A stretch of 64,000 nucleotides of DNA, from the NCBI GenBank assembly GCA_038198475.1, contig JBBPZW010000122.1, positions 1,001-65,000 of the forward strand, given 5' to 3'. The notes beneath the pieces are model-generated. The model was not told the origin of the DNA and made no database searches. It was given only the letters and a program-made list of their open reading frames with translations. The position numbers were made by a program, and so were the translations under genes. This document shows, piece by piece, positions 10,685-20,165 of this stretch; within the stretch, counting starts at the first letter, position 1, and the number at the start of each line of letters is the position of its first letter. This DNA is from Chthoniobacterales bacterium (lineage in GTDB: Bacteria; Verrucomicrobiota; Verrucomicrobiia; Chthoniobacterales; UBA10450).

Positions 10685-12669
10685 AGCCCATTTTGCCGAG
10701 CGTCGCGGCCGCGCCCGAAAATCGTCATGCCTTGCGCGGCGACCTGGACGCGATCATCACGCGGGCGATGCGTAAGGATCCCGCGCAACGTTATGCCTCT
10801 GTCGCAGACTTAGAGACTGACATTCGACACTATCTCGCGGGTGAGCCGGTCGGCGCGCGGCCAAACACTGTCCCTTATCGTCTCCTCCGCTTTGCCGGTC
10901 GTCACAAGCCTTCCAGCAAGCGCATCGTGCTAACCGCTCTTCTCCTAATCGTCGCGCTGGCGGCGGGCTTCCTTTTTTTTCGCAAGAGTGTTACATCTCA
11001 CGTCACGAGAGCGTATCGCCAGCCCGCTGCGACAATTCCCGCCAGGAGTATCGCTGTCCTTCCATTCGACGATTTTGCGGCCCCCGATGGAACCAGTTAC
11101 TTTGCCGACGGAGTCCAGGATGACATCCTGACCGATCTCGCCAAGGCTGAGGAACTCAAGGTCATTAGCCGATCAGGTGTTTCGCAGTATCGAAAGGGCG
11201 TCCGGGACGTGCGGGAGATTCGGCAAAATCTCGGCGTCGCCTACGTTCTCGAAGGCAGCGTGCGGCGAATGAAGGACCGGGTCCGGGTAAACGCCCAGTT
11301 GATCGATACCGAATCGGACGTGCAGGTTTGGGCGGAGCAATATAATCGCAAACTGGAGGATCTCTTCGCCCTTCAAAGTGATCTATCCCAGGCGATCGTT
11401 GCCCAGCTCAAAGGAAAGTTATCGGCGCGTGAGAAGGCGGCGATTGAAAGCCAGCCAACGGCTGACGTGCAGGCCTACGACTTATACCTGCGAGCGCGGA
11501 AAGCCTTCGTGCAATATGAGTACGCCACCACGATCGACCTGTTGAACCAGGCGGTGGCCCGCGATCCCAAGTTCGCCCTCGCTTACTGCCTCCTGACTAA
11601 TGCTCATCTTTATGTCTATCGGTTTGGTGGCGACATGAGTCCAGAGCGCCTGGAGAAGGCGCGGGTGGCGGCTGAGACGGCACTTCAACTCGCGCCTAAC
11701 ATGGCTGAGAGTCACCTTGCGAAGGCCCAATACTATTATAATGGCTTGAGAGATTATGAAAAGGCGCAGGCTGAGCTTGCCTCCGCGCCGCCTCCTGCGC
11801 CGGGCGGTCGTGCCCAGTTCTTCGATCTGACCGCTCTCACCGAGCGCCGCCTCGGCCATTGGAAGGAAGCTCTGCGCGATGGCGAAAAGGCCTGGGAGCT
11901 CGATCCGCATGATCCTTTTATCGCCACGGAAATTATTCAGACTCAAATGTCGCTGCGGAGATATCCCGAGGCAGCGAAAATGGCCGATGAAGCGATCAGG
12001 AACATCGCCAGCCGGTCCGCCCCCTTTTGGTCGCTGAAGGCGGAATCCATGCTCGCCCAGGGCGAGCCAGAACGCGCCCAGTCGTTTCTCAAGGGGGCGA
12101 GCAATTTGAGCGGCGAGAGTCATCTCGAATTGGCACAGGCCGCATTTTACGAGAGGGATTTCTTGGGGGCGCTGCGTGAGGTCGAGGTGGCACGCAAGTC
12201 ACCGATGGCGCCGTCACCCCAGGTTCTCGACTTGATGGAAGGGACAATTGCCCGGTCGCAGGGCGACACGCAAAAAAGCCAGCAGTCATTCGAAAAAGCT
12301 CGTCAGTATTTGGAGGCGCTACTCGAGAAACATCCACACGAGGCCTCAACTTTGATTAATCTCGCCTGGGCGTACGCCGGATTAGGCCGGGGAGATGATG
12401 CCTTGCGTAGCAGCGAGGAAGCCGTGCAACTGGTACCGACATGGCGGGACGGAGCGGAAGGTCCTGCATACGCCGGCATGCGAGCGCAGATCCTGGGTTG
12501 GCTGGGAAACAAAGACGCGGCCCTCGATCAACTCGAGGCGCTCGTGAAACAGCCGGCCAGCCCCAGCTACGGCGACCTGAAGCTAAACCCCAGTTGGGAC
12601 GATCTGCGGAGCGACCCTCGGTTCGAACAATTGCTCGTCGAGGCCAGGAAACCGATCAGACTGGAATAA
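10651..12669 (+). CDS. remnant of a Ser/Thr kinase-TPR protein: only the last ~60 aa of the kinase domain, then TM helix, periplasmic domain and TPR repeats
   Basis: The N-terminus EPILPS...LRGDLDAIITRAMRKDPAQRYASVADLETDIRHYLAGEPVGARP is the extreme C-lobe and tail of a Hanks kinase. The catalytic core (P-loop, HRD, DFG) is not present. A TM segment (LTALLLIVALAAGFLFF) and TPR-like repeats follow. Expression and the true start are uncertain. Confidence 0.6.
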   Translation: MDEVERVVCEVEPILPSVAAAPENRHALRGDLDAIITRAMRKDPAQRYASVADLETDIRHYLAGEPVGARPNTVPYRLLRFAGRHKPSSKRIVLTALLLIVALAAGFLFFRKSVTSHVTRAYRQPAATIPARSIAVLPFDDFAAPDGTSYFADGVQDDILTDLAKAEELKVISRSGVSQYRKGVRDVREIRQNLGVAYVLEGSVRRMKDRVRVNAQLIDTESDVQVWAEQYNRKLEDLFALQSDLSQAIVAQLKGKLSAREKAAIESQPTADVQAYDLYLRARKAFVQYEYATTIDLLNQAVARDPKFALAYCLLTNAHLYVYRFGGDMSPERLEKARVAAETALQLAPNMAESHLAKAQYYYNGLRDYEKAQAELASAPPPAPGGRAQFFDLTALTERRLGHWKEALRDGEKAWELDPHDPFIATEIIQTQMSLRRYPEAAKMADEAIRNIASRSAPFWSLKAESMLAQGEPERAQSFLKGASNLSGESHLELAQAAFYERDFLGALREVEVARKSPMAPSPQVLDLMEGTIARSQGDTQKSQQSFEKARQYLEALLEKHPHEASTLINLAWAYAGLGRGDDALRSSEEAVQLVPTWRDGAEGPAYAGMRAQILGWLGNKDAALDQLEALVKQPASPSYGDLKLNPSWDDLRSDPRFEQLLVEARKPIRLE

Positions 12670-12805
12670 GCGGCGCCCGCTCTGGAAAGCGGCGTCGCCA
12701 AAAAAAATTCATCCACGCGTGAGCTCTTTTCCGCGCGGTTATTGCATTGAAGGGTGTGAGACAGATTTTTTCCACTCAACTGGTCGCCCTTCCTCGCCTT
12801 GCGCC

Positions 12806-13882
12806 ATGACCTATTTCGCAAGGCTTGCCCAGGAAAGGACTCCGAAACTGATCGGCCTTCTTGGCTACGACGGTGTCGCCGCCCTCGACCTGACTGGCCC
12901 CCTGGAAGCACTGACCAGCGCTCAACATCCGGGCGAGGCATCCGCGCCACTCTGCTACAGGCCGATCATCGTCGGATTAACCAATAAGAGCTTCACCTCG
13001 GAGTCGGGGTTGCATTTCAAGGCCGACGTCGCAGCGGAAGCGACTCCGACATTCGACACCATCATTATTCCCGGCGGAAAGGGGCTGCGCCAAACCGAGA
13101 CGCGCCAACTCGCGGCGCGCTGGCTGAACTCACAAGCGGGCAAGACCCGCCGGATCGCATCCGTCTCAACGGGAGTCTACGCGCTGGCGCAAAGCGGCCT
13201 GGTCGACGGCCGGCACGTCACCACTCACTGGCGCTTCGCGCGCGATGTCGCACAGCGCTTTCCGAAAATCAGGATCAGTCGTTCGGTCGCATTTCTAAAA
13301 GATGAGGCCTTTTATAGCTCCGCCGGGGGGACCGCGGGCATCGAGATGACTCTCGCCTTGATCCAGGAGGATTACGGCGGCGAGGTCGCTCGGAACGTGG
13401 CGCGTGAGCTCGTCATGCGCCTGCGGCCCCCCGGTGTGGGCGGCGACGACTTCGAGCCATCGATCTATCAGGCCGATCCCACCGAACGGGTCGCTGAACT
13501 GCCCGCTTGGATCCTCGGTCATCTCCACGAGCGGATGACGGTCGATTCGCTCGCGGAAAGGACCTGCCTCTGCCCGCGTCATTTCAGTCGCCTCTTCAAA
13601 CAAGTCTTTGAATGCACGCCCGCTGACTTCGTTGAAGAGCTGCGTTTGAGCGAAGCGCGCCGGCGTCTACTTGGCCTGCGCACAACAGTCGAAAGCGTGG
13701 CCGAAAGTGTAGGTTTTAAAAGCTCCGATGCTTTTCGCCGGGCGTTCGAACGTCGCGTCGGTGTGACACCGACCGCTTTTCGCCGCCAGGCGAGTAACCT
13801 CGCCTCGGCCAAGGTGGTTCGCCCGCATCGCGCCCCGCTACGCTCCGCGCAGTCGCATCTGAAACACGCCGCCGCCGCTTGA
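12806..13882 (+). CDS. GlxA-family transcriptional regulator (DJ-1/PfpI plus AraC HTH), paralog of 5735-6748
   Basis: Same architecture as the first GlxA: IGLLGYDGV...VSTGVYALAQSGL...TTHW, and C-terminal FSRLFKQVFECTPADFV...GFKSSDAFRRAFERRVG. Confidence 0.85.
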   Translation: MTYFARLAQERTPKLIGLLGYDGVAALDLTGPLEALTSAQHPGEASAPLCYRPIIVGLTNKSFTSESGLHFKADVAAEATPTFDTIIIPGGKGLRQTETRQLAARWLNSQAGKTRRIASVSTGVYALAQSGLVDGRHVTTHWRFARDVAQRFPKIRISRSVAFLKDEAFYSSAGGTAGIEMTLALIQEDYGGEVARNVARELVMRLRPPGVGGDDFEPSIYQADPTERVAELPAWILGHLHERMTVDSLAERTCLCPRHFSRLFKQVFECTPADFVEELRLSEARRRLLGLRTTVESVAESVGFKSSDAFRRAFERRVGVTPTAFRRQASNLASAKVVRPHRAPLRSAQSHLKHAAAA

Positions 13883-13912
13883 GCGGACCGGCTCGGCCGT
13901 TATAAAGCGACG

Positions 13913-14461
13913 CTAGAGCGCGCGGCGCACCGCGCGGCGGACCGTCTCCGTGATCCAGCCATAAACGAGGTGCGAGGCGAGCGCATACATGTGTGTCGTT
14001 AGGGGAATTTCTTTCGCGGGCTTCGATAGACCCGCGGCGGGCACTGCCAGTTCATCGGCCAGCAGCCAGACTCCAGTGCCAAATCCGACGCCGTCCCCAA
14101 TGGTCACAATCGGCGCCACTTCCGCGAGCACTCCGTAAATCGCGGCTGAACTCGCACCCATTCCGTAATGGATCGCTTCGCCTGCAGCCGGCTTGTAGCC
14201 AGCCGGGATTTTGCGCCCGGTCACTTTTTCCGAAATCGCGTTAGCCGCTTTCACCGTAGCGGAATCCGCTTTTCTTCCACCCCGCTTCTTCGACGAACTC
14301 ATCGCCTCCGAAGCCGCGCTCCACGCCGCCTGGAATTGCTCCATCAAAAATGAAGCGAGCAATCCGCCCGCGACGCCGGCCAGCAGGCCCTTCAGAATAT
14401 CGGTCTCTCCATAGTCGGTCTCGTCAAAGCTGATCATCATGTTCCCCTCCGTTGCTCCCAA
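13913..14461 (-). CDS. DUF1440-like (YagU-like) inner membrane protein
   Basis: 182 aa with Gly/Ala-rich helices and a C-terminal HLVYGWITE motif reminiscent of DUF1440. The family assignment is from memory only. Confidence 0.5.
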   Translation of the reverse strand: MGATEGNMMISFDETDYGETDILKGLLAGVAGGLLASFLMEQFQAAWSAASEAMSSSKKRGGRKADSATVKAANAISEKVTGRKIPAGYKPAAGEAIHYGMGASSAAIYGVLAEVAPIVTIGDGVGFGTGVWLLADELAVPAAGLSKPAKEIPLTTHMYALASHLVYGWITETVRRAVRRAL

Positions 14462-14494
14462 TAGATTCGCGCGCGCTTCTCCGCCCGCGCTTGG

Positions 14495-14989
14495 TTAGCA
14501 TACCAGCTGCAGATAGACAACGTCGAGCCGGCGTCCAAACTTGCTCCCTACCTGGCGGAGCCGGCCCGCCTCCGCCAAGCCTAACGAATTCAATAATCGA
14601 ATCATCCCGACCGACTCTTCGCAGCAAGCCGCCAGGATGGTGTGATAGCCCAATGCGCGGGCGCGCTCGATCAGATCCTGCACGATGACGCGACCGTGTC
14701 CGCTGCGCTGCGCATCGTGCCGCACATAGGCTGTTAACTCGACCGTGTCCCGGTAGGCGCAACGCGAGCGAAAAGGCGAGAGCGCGCCCCAGCCCACAAT
14801 TTCACCGTCGATTTCAAGCACGGTCACCGGCTGATTGACCGGTCGCGTGTGCAGTTCCTCCGTGCGCTCTTGCGTTGTCTCATCATCAACCTGGAAGGTG
14901 GCCGCGGAGGTGCGGACGTAATGGTTGTAGATCGTGTTGATCGCCTCCGCGTCAGCCACGGTCGCGAGCCGGGTGCGGCGATTTTCCAT
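14495..14989 (-). CDS. GNAT N-acetyltransferase, phosphinothricin-acetyltransferase-like (ArsN-type context)
   Basis: MENRRTRLATVADAEAINTIYNHYV...GHGRVIVQDLIERARALGYHTI is typical of the PAT/GNAT family. Its start overlaps the arsC stop (TAATG). Confidence 0.8.
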   Translation of the reverse strand: MENRRTRLATVADAEAINTIYNHYVRTSAATFQVDDETTQERTEELHTRPVNQPVTVLEIDGEIVGWGALSPFRSRCAYRDTVELTAYVRHDAQRSGHGRVIVQDLIERARALGYHTILAACCEESVGMIRLLNSLGLAEAGRLRQVGSKFGRRLDVVYLQLVC

Positions 14990-15432
14990 TAGAGCGTCGC
15001 CGCCGGGGCGCAAATTTCGTCGCACCACGTTTCGATCCGCGCTCTAATCTGATCGCGAATCTTACGAACGGCCGTCAATCTTTCCGGATGCGTGCCGGTG
15101 ACTGTCGAAGGGTCGGGAAAACTCCAGTGCAGGCGCTGCGCTGGGCCGGGAAAGATTGGGCATTTTTCGGCGCTGCTTTCGTCGCACACGGTCACGACAT
15201 AGGCAAAAATCGGTCCGGACTTCCAGACATCGAAAACGCGCTGCGTGCCCTTGTGCGAGATATCGATCCCCACCTCGCTCATTACCTCGACGGCAAGCGG
15301 GTTGAGCGTGCCGGGCTCGAGTCCAGCGCTCTGCGCCTCGAAATGGCCGCCGCAAATTTCGTTCATCCACGCCTCCGCCATCTGGCTGCGAGCGCTGTTG
15401 TGGATGCAGATGAAGAGAACCCGTTTTTTCAT
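14989..15432 (-). CDS. arsC: arsenate reductase, LMW-PTPase (thioredoxin-coupled) type
   Basis: N-terminal VLFICIHNSARSQMAE (CX5R P-loop), downstream cysteines (VTVCDESSAEKCP), about 147 aa. Confidence 0.9.
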   Translation of the reverse strand: MKKRVLFICIHNSARSQMAEAWMNEICGGHFEAQSAGLEPGTLNPLAVEVMSEVGIDISHKGTQRVFDVWKSGPIFAYVVTVCDESSAEKCPIFPGPAQRLHWSFPDPSTVTGTHPERLTAVRKIRDQIRARIETWCDEICAPAATL

Positions 15433-15450
15433 GGAAGCTCGGCAGATGGA

Positions 15451-15804
15451 TTACTTTGCAAAAACTTCCGCTGGTTCGCAGCAATTTGATCGGAGGCGCG
15501 CCAACCTTTTCAAGTCTTTCCCAAAAATCGGATCCGACTGCGCGCAATCCTGGAGGCACTTCAAATTCATCTCCAACTCAGCGGACGGCTTCGAAGGCAG
15601 CGAGTAGATGATCCAGTTGCCGCTCCGCTTGGTCCGCACCAGCCTGCGGCTGCGCAGGTAAGCGAGATGCTTTGAGATCTTTACCTGCGGCTCGCGCAAG
15701 GCATCCTGGAAATGGCAGACACAGAGCGGCGATTGCGTGAGCAAATGCAGGATGCGCAACCGGGTCGGCTCGCAGAAGCATTGATAGATCTCGGCCAGCT
15801 TCAT
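15451..15804 (-). CDS. arsR: ArsR/SmtB family metalloregulator
   Basis: CFCEPTRLRILHLLTQSPLCVCHFQDAL is a winged HTH with the ELCVC-like metal site. ATG at 15804 overlaps the stop of the upstream gene (ATGA). Confidence 0.85.
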   Translation of the reverse strand: MKLAEIYQCFCEPTRLRILHLLTQSPLCVCHFQDALREPQVKISKHLAYLRSRRLVRTKRSGNWIIYSLPSKPSAELEMNLKCLQDCAQSDPIFGKDLKRLARLRSNCCEPAEVFAK

Positions 15805-16256
15805 TCGCCTAACGACAGCAGGCAGACGCTGTTGTCCCGGCTTCCGGCTCCGCACTTTTGCTTAGCCAGGCAATCAGTGTGCCTGGAGCCAAGTCTAAAT
15901 TCCAGGTGTTCACCGGCCGCGTGTGCCTCGGCGATCGGATACTGCGAGACCACGCAACAATCCCATTCCACTTCCACTTCCAAGTCATCGTTAGGCAGAA
16001 CCGGGCGACCAAGCTCGAGGATATCGGCGAAGCGCTGGGCTTTCAGGCGGTGCTCGAAATCTTCCGCCACATAGGTTTGCAGGACGCAAGCTTCGCGTTC
16101 ACGGAAGGTGCCGCCGCAATCGACAAATTTCTTCGCGACGTGTCCGACCTCGGTGAGGTGAAAGTGGGCCGGGATTTGTTCGCCGTCCGGCAGCACGAAA
16201 CGAGGCAACGCCTCGGGATTGGCGCGCAGAATCGACTTCAATTCATGCAATTTCAT
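15801..16256 (-). CDS. DUF6428-like protein, first gene of the ars operon
   Basis: MKLHELKSIL...LPDGEQIPAHFHLTEVG...FVDCGGTFRE...TDCLA matches my recollection of the DUF6428 family seen in ars operons. Confidence 0.7.
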   Translation of the reverse strand: MKLHELKSILRANPEALPRFVLPDGEQIPAHFHLTEVGHVAKKFVDCGGTFREREACVLQTYVAEDFEHRLKAQRFADILELGRPVLPNDDLEVEVEWDCCVVSQYPIAEAHAAGEHLEFRLGSRHTDCLAKQKCGAGSRDNSVCLLSLGE

Positions 16257-16264
16257 GCCCTACC

Positions 16265-16286
16265 TATATTCCCATAAAGGAATGTA
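16265..16286. promoter_or_regulatory. candidate operator (imperfect inverted repeat) in the ars promoter region
   Basis: TATATTCC-N6-GGAATGTA (8-bp arms, one mismatch) lies 9-30 nt upstream of the DUF6428 start codon. No known consensus was matched. Confidence 0.25.
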
Positions 16287-16310
16287 GACAAGGCGATTTT
16301 GCGCGGCCGA

Positions 16311-16502
16311 TCAGAGCTTCGTCTGACGCAGCCGTAGAGCGTTCCCGATAACCGAGACGGAACTCAAACTCATCGCCGCACCGGCGATGATCGGACTGAG
16401 GAGAATGCCAAACCAGGGATAGAGAATGCCGGCGGCGATCGGTATGCCTAACGAGTTGTAGATAAACGCAAAGAAGAGGTTTTGGCGAATGTTGCTCATC
16501 AT
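16311..16502 (-). pseudogene. orphan 3-prime fragment of a copper P-type ATPase gene (last 63 codons of copA)
   Basis: 59 of 63 residues in the translation [63 protein letters not shown] are identical to the C-terminus of the intact CopA at 31800-34268. No upstream ATPase sequence is present. Confidence 0.85.
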
Positions 16503-16508
16503 GGCGCG
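16311..16508. repeat. direct repeat copy A (copA 3-prime end), left boundary of the island
   Basis: Aligns colinearly with 31800-31997. The inner ~135 nt are nearly identical and the terminal ~60 nt more diverged. Similarity ends abruptly after ...CATCATGGCGCG. Confidence 0.85.
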
Positions 16509-16574
16509 GCTGGATTCTCTTGAAAGAAAAGCTCTTTCCGCTCTGCGCTGTTTTCTTTACCGTGGTGTGAACGA

Positions 16575-19500
16575 ATGAGCCGCCTCGAAGAAATTACCCC
16601 TGGAACGACAATTCGAGGCATCCTCCCCGATGCGCTCGTTGATGCTGTCAATGCACAGTGGTTCGGTTCTGAGGCTCTCGAACTGACCTACAAAGACCCG
16701 AGCGGGCGCGTCGGGAACCAGCTCCTTTATCGCCACGATGAGCCTCGATTCGAGGTCGTTGCGGCCGGTCGCCCCTGGAGCTTCGATGGAGATGGCGCGC
16801 TTTTTCGACTGGTTTCCGAGGCACAGCGGATTCGCCTCGCGCATCTGTTCGACCCCGTCCTCGCGGTCCACACATCTCTGGTCGATCCGCTGCCGCACCA
16901 GATCACCGCGGTTTACGAAGCAATGCTCCCTCGCCAGCCACTGCGGTTTCTGCTGGCTGACGATCCGGGCGCCGGCAAGACGATTATGGCCGGGCTGTTC
17001 ATCAAGGAACTCATTGCCCGCGGCGATCTCCAGCGGTGCCTCATTGTTTGCCCGGGCAGTCTCGCCGAACAATGGCAGGACGAACTCCATCGTCGTTTTC
17101 ATTTGCCCTTTGAAATTCTCACCAATGACAAGCTCGAAGCTGCTCGTACGGGCAATTGGTTCCTCGAGAACGACCTCATCATCGCACGTCTCGATAAGCT
17201 CGCCCGCGACGAAGACGTGCAGCAAAAGCTAAGTGCACCGGACTGCCGCTTCGATCTCGTTGTCTGCGACGAAGCCCACAAGCTCTCGGCGACCTTCTTT
17301 GGCGGTGAAGTGAAATACACCAAGCGCTATCGCCTGGGGCAGCTCTTGTCGGGGTTGACCCGCCATTTCCTTCTCATGACCGCTACCCCACACAATGGCA
17401 AGGATGCCGACTTCCAGCTCTTCATGGCCTTACTCGACGGTGATCGGTTTGAAGGGCGTTTCCGCGACGGTGTTCATCAAGTCGACGTCTCTGACCTGAT
17501 GCGGAGGATGGTGAAGGAACGACTTTTGAAGTTCGACGGCCGCCCCCTTTTCCCAGAGCGGATCGCTCATACCGTCCCCTACAAACTCTCAGATCTGGAG
17601 GCTCAGCTCTACAAAGAAGTCACGACCTACGTGCGCGATGAATTCAATCGCGCGGACGCGCTCCAGAACGACAAGCGCGCGGGGACCGTCGGATTTGCTC
17701 TCACCATCCTTCAACGCCGTCTCGCTTCTTCCCCTGACGCCATCTTTCACTCGTTAAGACGACGCCGCGAGCGTCTGCAGAAGCAAATGCGCGAACTGGA
17801 AATACTGCGGCGCGGAGGCGCGTCGATCGCGCTCCTGCCCGCAACGACCACGCTGGATAGCGAAGACCTGGAGGACCTCGACGAAGCCCCCGAGAATGAA
17901 GTCGAGGCCGCCGAAGAGGCGATTCTCGATCAGGCAACCGCAGCTAGCACCATTCAGGAACTCCAAGCGGAGATCGCTACCATCCAGCGTTTGGAAGGCC
18001 TCGCTGCCCAGGTATCGAAGAGCGGGGTTGATCGCAAGTGGCGCGAGCTGGCCAATCTTCTGTCCGTTATCTTTACACCGGCGGGCCTCGCGAGTCGTGT
18101 CGAGGAGTCGCCGCCGCCATATGGCTCTGGCGATATCGAACCCCCCACGCCTTCGCCCAATCAGAAGCTCGTCATCTTCACCGAGCATCGCGACACGCTG
18201 AATTATCTTCAGATGCAGATAGCGACTTTGATCGGACGTCCTTCGTCCATCGTCATGATGCACGGGGGAATGGGCCGTGAGGAACGCCGGAAGGCGCAAG
18301 AGACCTTCCTGCACGACCCTGAGTCGCTCGTCTTGTTAGCGACGGACGCAGCGGGTGAGGGCATCAATCTCCAACGCGCCCACCTCATGGTGAATTATGA
18401 TCTGCCTTGGAACCCCAACCGGATCGAGCAGCGTTTCGGTCGCATCCACCGAATCGGTCAAACCGAAGTCTGTCATCTCTACAATCTTGTCGCCATCGAG
18501 ACCCGGGAAGGAGACGTCTACCGCACTCTGTTGGAGAAGATCGAACAGGCGAGAAAGGCACTGGGCGGCGAGGTGTTTGACGTATTGGGCAAGCTCCAGT
18601 TTGAGGGTCGCTCATTACGCGACCTTCTCATTGAGGCGATTCGTTACGGTGAACTACCAGAAGTTCGCGCCCGGCTCGAGACCGCCATTGCGCACGCGGT
18701 CGACCGGGAGCACATCCAGGATCTCGTCGAGCAAAGCGCGCTAGCCAACGATACGATGGACGCCAGCCGAGTCGCGCGCGTCCGCGAAGAAATGGAGCGG
18801 GCCGACGCGAGACGCCTTCAGCCATTCTACATCGAGTCCTTTTTTCTAGAAGCATTCCGCAATCTCGGCGGCACACTCCGCCAGCGGGAGACACGCCGTT
18901 ACGAAGTCACCCACGTTCCCGCACCGGTGCGGAATCGCGACCGCATTATCGGGGTGGGTGATCCGGTTCTCGCCCGATACGAACGCATCGCCTTCGAGAA
19001 AAATTTAATCGCGCCGCCGGGCGAACCGATGGCCGCGTTCGTCTGTCCGGGGCATCCGTTGCTGGACGCTACGCTCGACCTCACGCTCGAACGGCATCGC
19101 GATCTCTTGCGTCGCGGCGCCGTGCTGGTCGACGAATCCGATCCTGGCACCAAACCGCGCATCCTCTTCTATCTGGAACACGCAATTCAGGATGCGAGCC
19201 TTCTCCGCTCGGGCGAACGACGGACCGTTTCAAAACAGATGCTCTATGTCGAGATCGACGCGGAAGGGCACGCCAAGCATCTCCACTACGCTCCGTATCT
19301 CGATTATCGGCCACTCGCGCCGGACGAATCATCACCCGAAGTCCTACTCCAACGCCCCGAGTGCTCTTGGATCACACGGGAGATCGAGCAGAAAGCTTTC
19401 ACCCACGCGATTGCTCACGTCGTGCCGGGACATCTCGAAGAAGTAAAGAGCCGCCGGCTGCAATGGATTGAAAAAACGCGCGCCGCCGTCAAAGAACGGC

Positions 19501-20153
19501 TCACCAAAGAGATCACTTATTGGGATCACCGCGCCGCGCAGTTGCGCGACCAGGAACAAGCCGGCAAACCCAATGCGCGAGTCAACTCGCAGGAGGCGCG
19601 GCGGCGGGCCGACGACCTGCAAGCCCGACTGGAGAAGCGACTCTCGGATCTAGACAAGGAAGCGCAGATTTCTGCGCTTCCTCCGGTCGTGCTGGGTGGT
19701 TTCATGGTCGTGCCGGCAGGCCTTCTCAACGCGATCGCCGGAACGCCTCCGCCGAAGGCGACTTCTCCCGTCGATACCCAAGCCTCTGCAGCACGGGCGC
19801 GGGCGATCGTCATGGAGATTGAGCGCGGACTGGGGTTCCAGCCGGTAGACCGCGAATTCGAAAAGCTCGGCTACGACATCGAGAGCCACGATCCTGCAAC
19901 CGGCCGACTCCGTTTTATCGAGGTGAAGGGTCGCGTCACCAAAGCCGATACCATCACCGTGACCAAAAACGAGATTATGTACAGCTTGAACAAGCCCGAT
20001 GATTTCGTTCTCGCGATGGTGGAATTTCTCGATGGAGAGAATCACCAGGTACATTACCTACGGCAGCCATTTCGCCGCGAACCCGATTTCGGTGTGACGA
20101 GCGTGAACTACGATTTCGAAGAGCTGATGGCGAGAGCAGCGCCGCCGAAGTAG
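16575..20153 (+). CDS. SNF2-family helicase with C-terminal DUF3883 (restriction-endonuclease-like) domain
   Basis: Helicase motifs LADDPGAGKT (I), VCDEAHKL (II), MTATPHNG (III), and C-lobe ATDAAGEGINLQ...QRFGRIHRIGQT. The C-terminal GYDIES...RFIEVKGR...ITVTKNE...DFVLAMVEF is typical of DUF3883. Confidence 0.85.
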   Translation: MSRLEEITPGTTIRGILPDALVDAVNAQWFGSEALELTYKDPSGRVGNQLLYRHDEPRFEVVAAGRPWSFDGDGALFRLVSEAQRIRLAHLFDPVLAVHTSLVDPLPHQITAVYEAMLPRQPLRFLLADDPGAGKTIMAGLFIKELIARGDLQRCLIVCPGSLAEQWQDELHRRFHLPFEILTNDKLEAARTGNWFLENDLIIARLDKLARDEDVQQKLSAPDCRFDLVVCDEAHKLSATFFGGEVKYTKRYRLGQLLSGLTRHFLLMTATPHNGKDADFQLFMALLDGDRFEGRFRDGVHQVDVSDLMRRMVKERLLKFDGRPLFPERIAHTVPYKLSDLEAQLYKEVTTYVRDEFNRADALQNDKRAGTVGFALTILQRRLASSPDAIFHSLRRRRERLQKQMRELEILRRGGASIALLPATTTLDSEDLEDLDEAPENEVEAAEEAILDQATAASTIQELQAEIATIQRLEGLAAQVSKSGVDRKWRELANLLSVIFTPAGLASRVEESPPPYGSGDIEPPTPSPNQKLVIFTEHRDTLNYLQMQIATLIGRPSSIVMMHGGMGREERRKAQETFLHDPESLVLLATDAAGEGINLQRAHLMVNYDLPWNPNRIEQRFGRIHRIGQTEVCHLYNLVAIETREGDVYRTLLEKIEQARKALGGEVFDVLGKLQFEGRSLRDLLIEAIRYGELPEVRARLETAIAHAVDREHIQDLVEQSALANDTMDASRVARVREEMERADARRLQPFYIESFFLEAFRNLGGTLRQRETRRYEVTHVPAPVRNRDRIIGVGDPVLARYERIAFEKNLIAPPGEPMAAFVCPGHPLLDATLDLTLERHRDLLRRGAVLVDESDPGTKPRILFYLEHAIQDASLLRSGERRTVSKQMLYVEIDAEGHAKHLHYAPYLDYRPLAPDESSPEVLLQRPECSWITREIEQKAFTHAIAHVVPGHLEEVKSRRLQWIEKTRAAVKERLTKEITYWDHRAAQLRDQEQAGKPNARVNSQEARRRADDLQARLEKRLSDLDKEAQISALPPVVLGGFMVVPAGLLNAIAGTPPPKATSPVDTQASAARARAIVMEIERGLGFQPVDREFEKLGYDIESHDPATGRLRFIEVKGRVTKADTITVTKNEIMYSLNKPDDFVLAMVEFLDGENHQVHYLRQPFRREPDFGVTSVNYDFEELMARAAPPK

Positions 20154-20165
20154 AGTTCAGAAAGA

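Noticed and set aside
12669-12715. Hairpin followed by an A8 run after the TPR protein gene
   Set aside because: The stem is only about 5 bp, and the run is A on the coding strand (T on the opposite strand, where no gene ends). It is not a convincing terminator.
16557-17225. 222-aa ORF antisense to the helicase gene start
   Set aside because: It has no recognisable motif and lies entirely inside the strongly supported SNF2 helicase CDS. It is probably a GC-driven shadow ORF.
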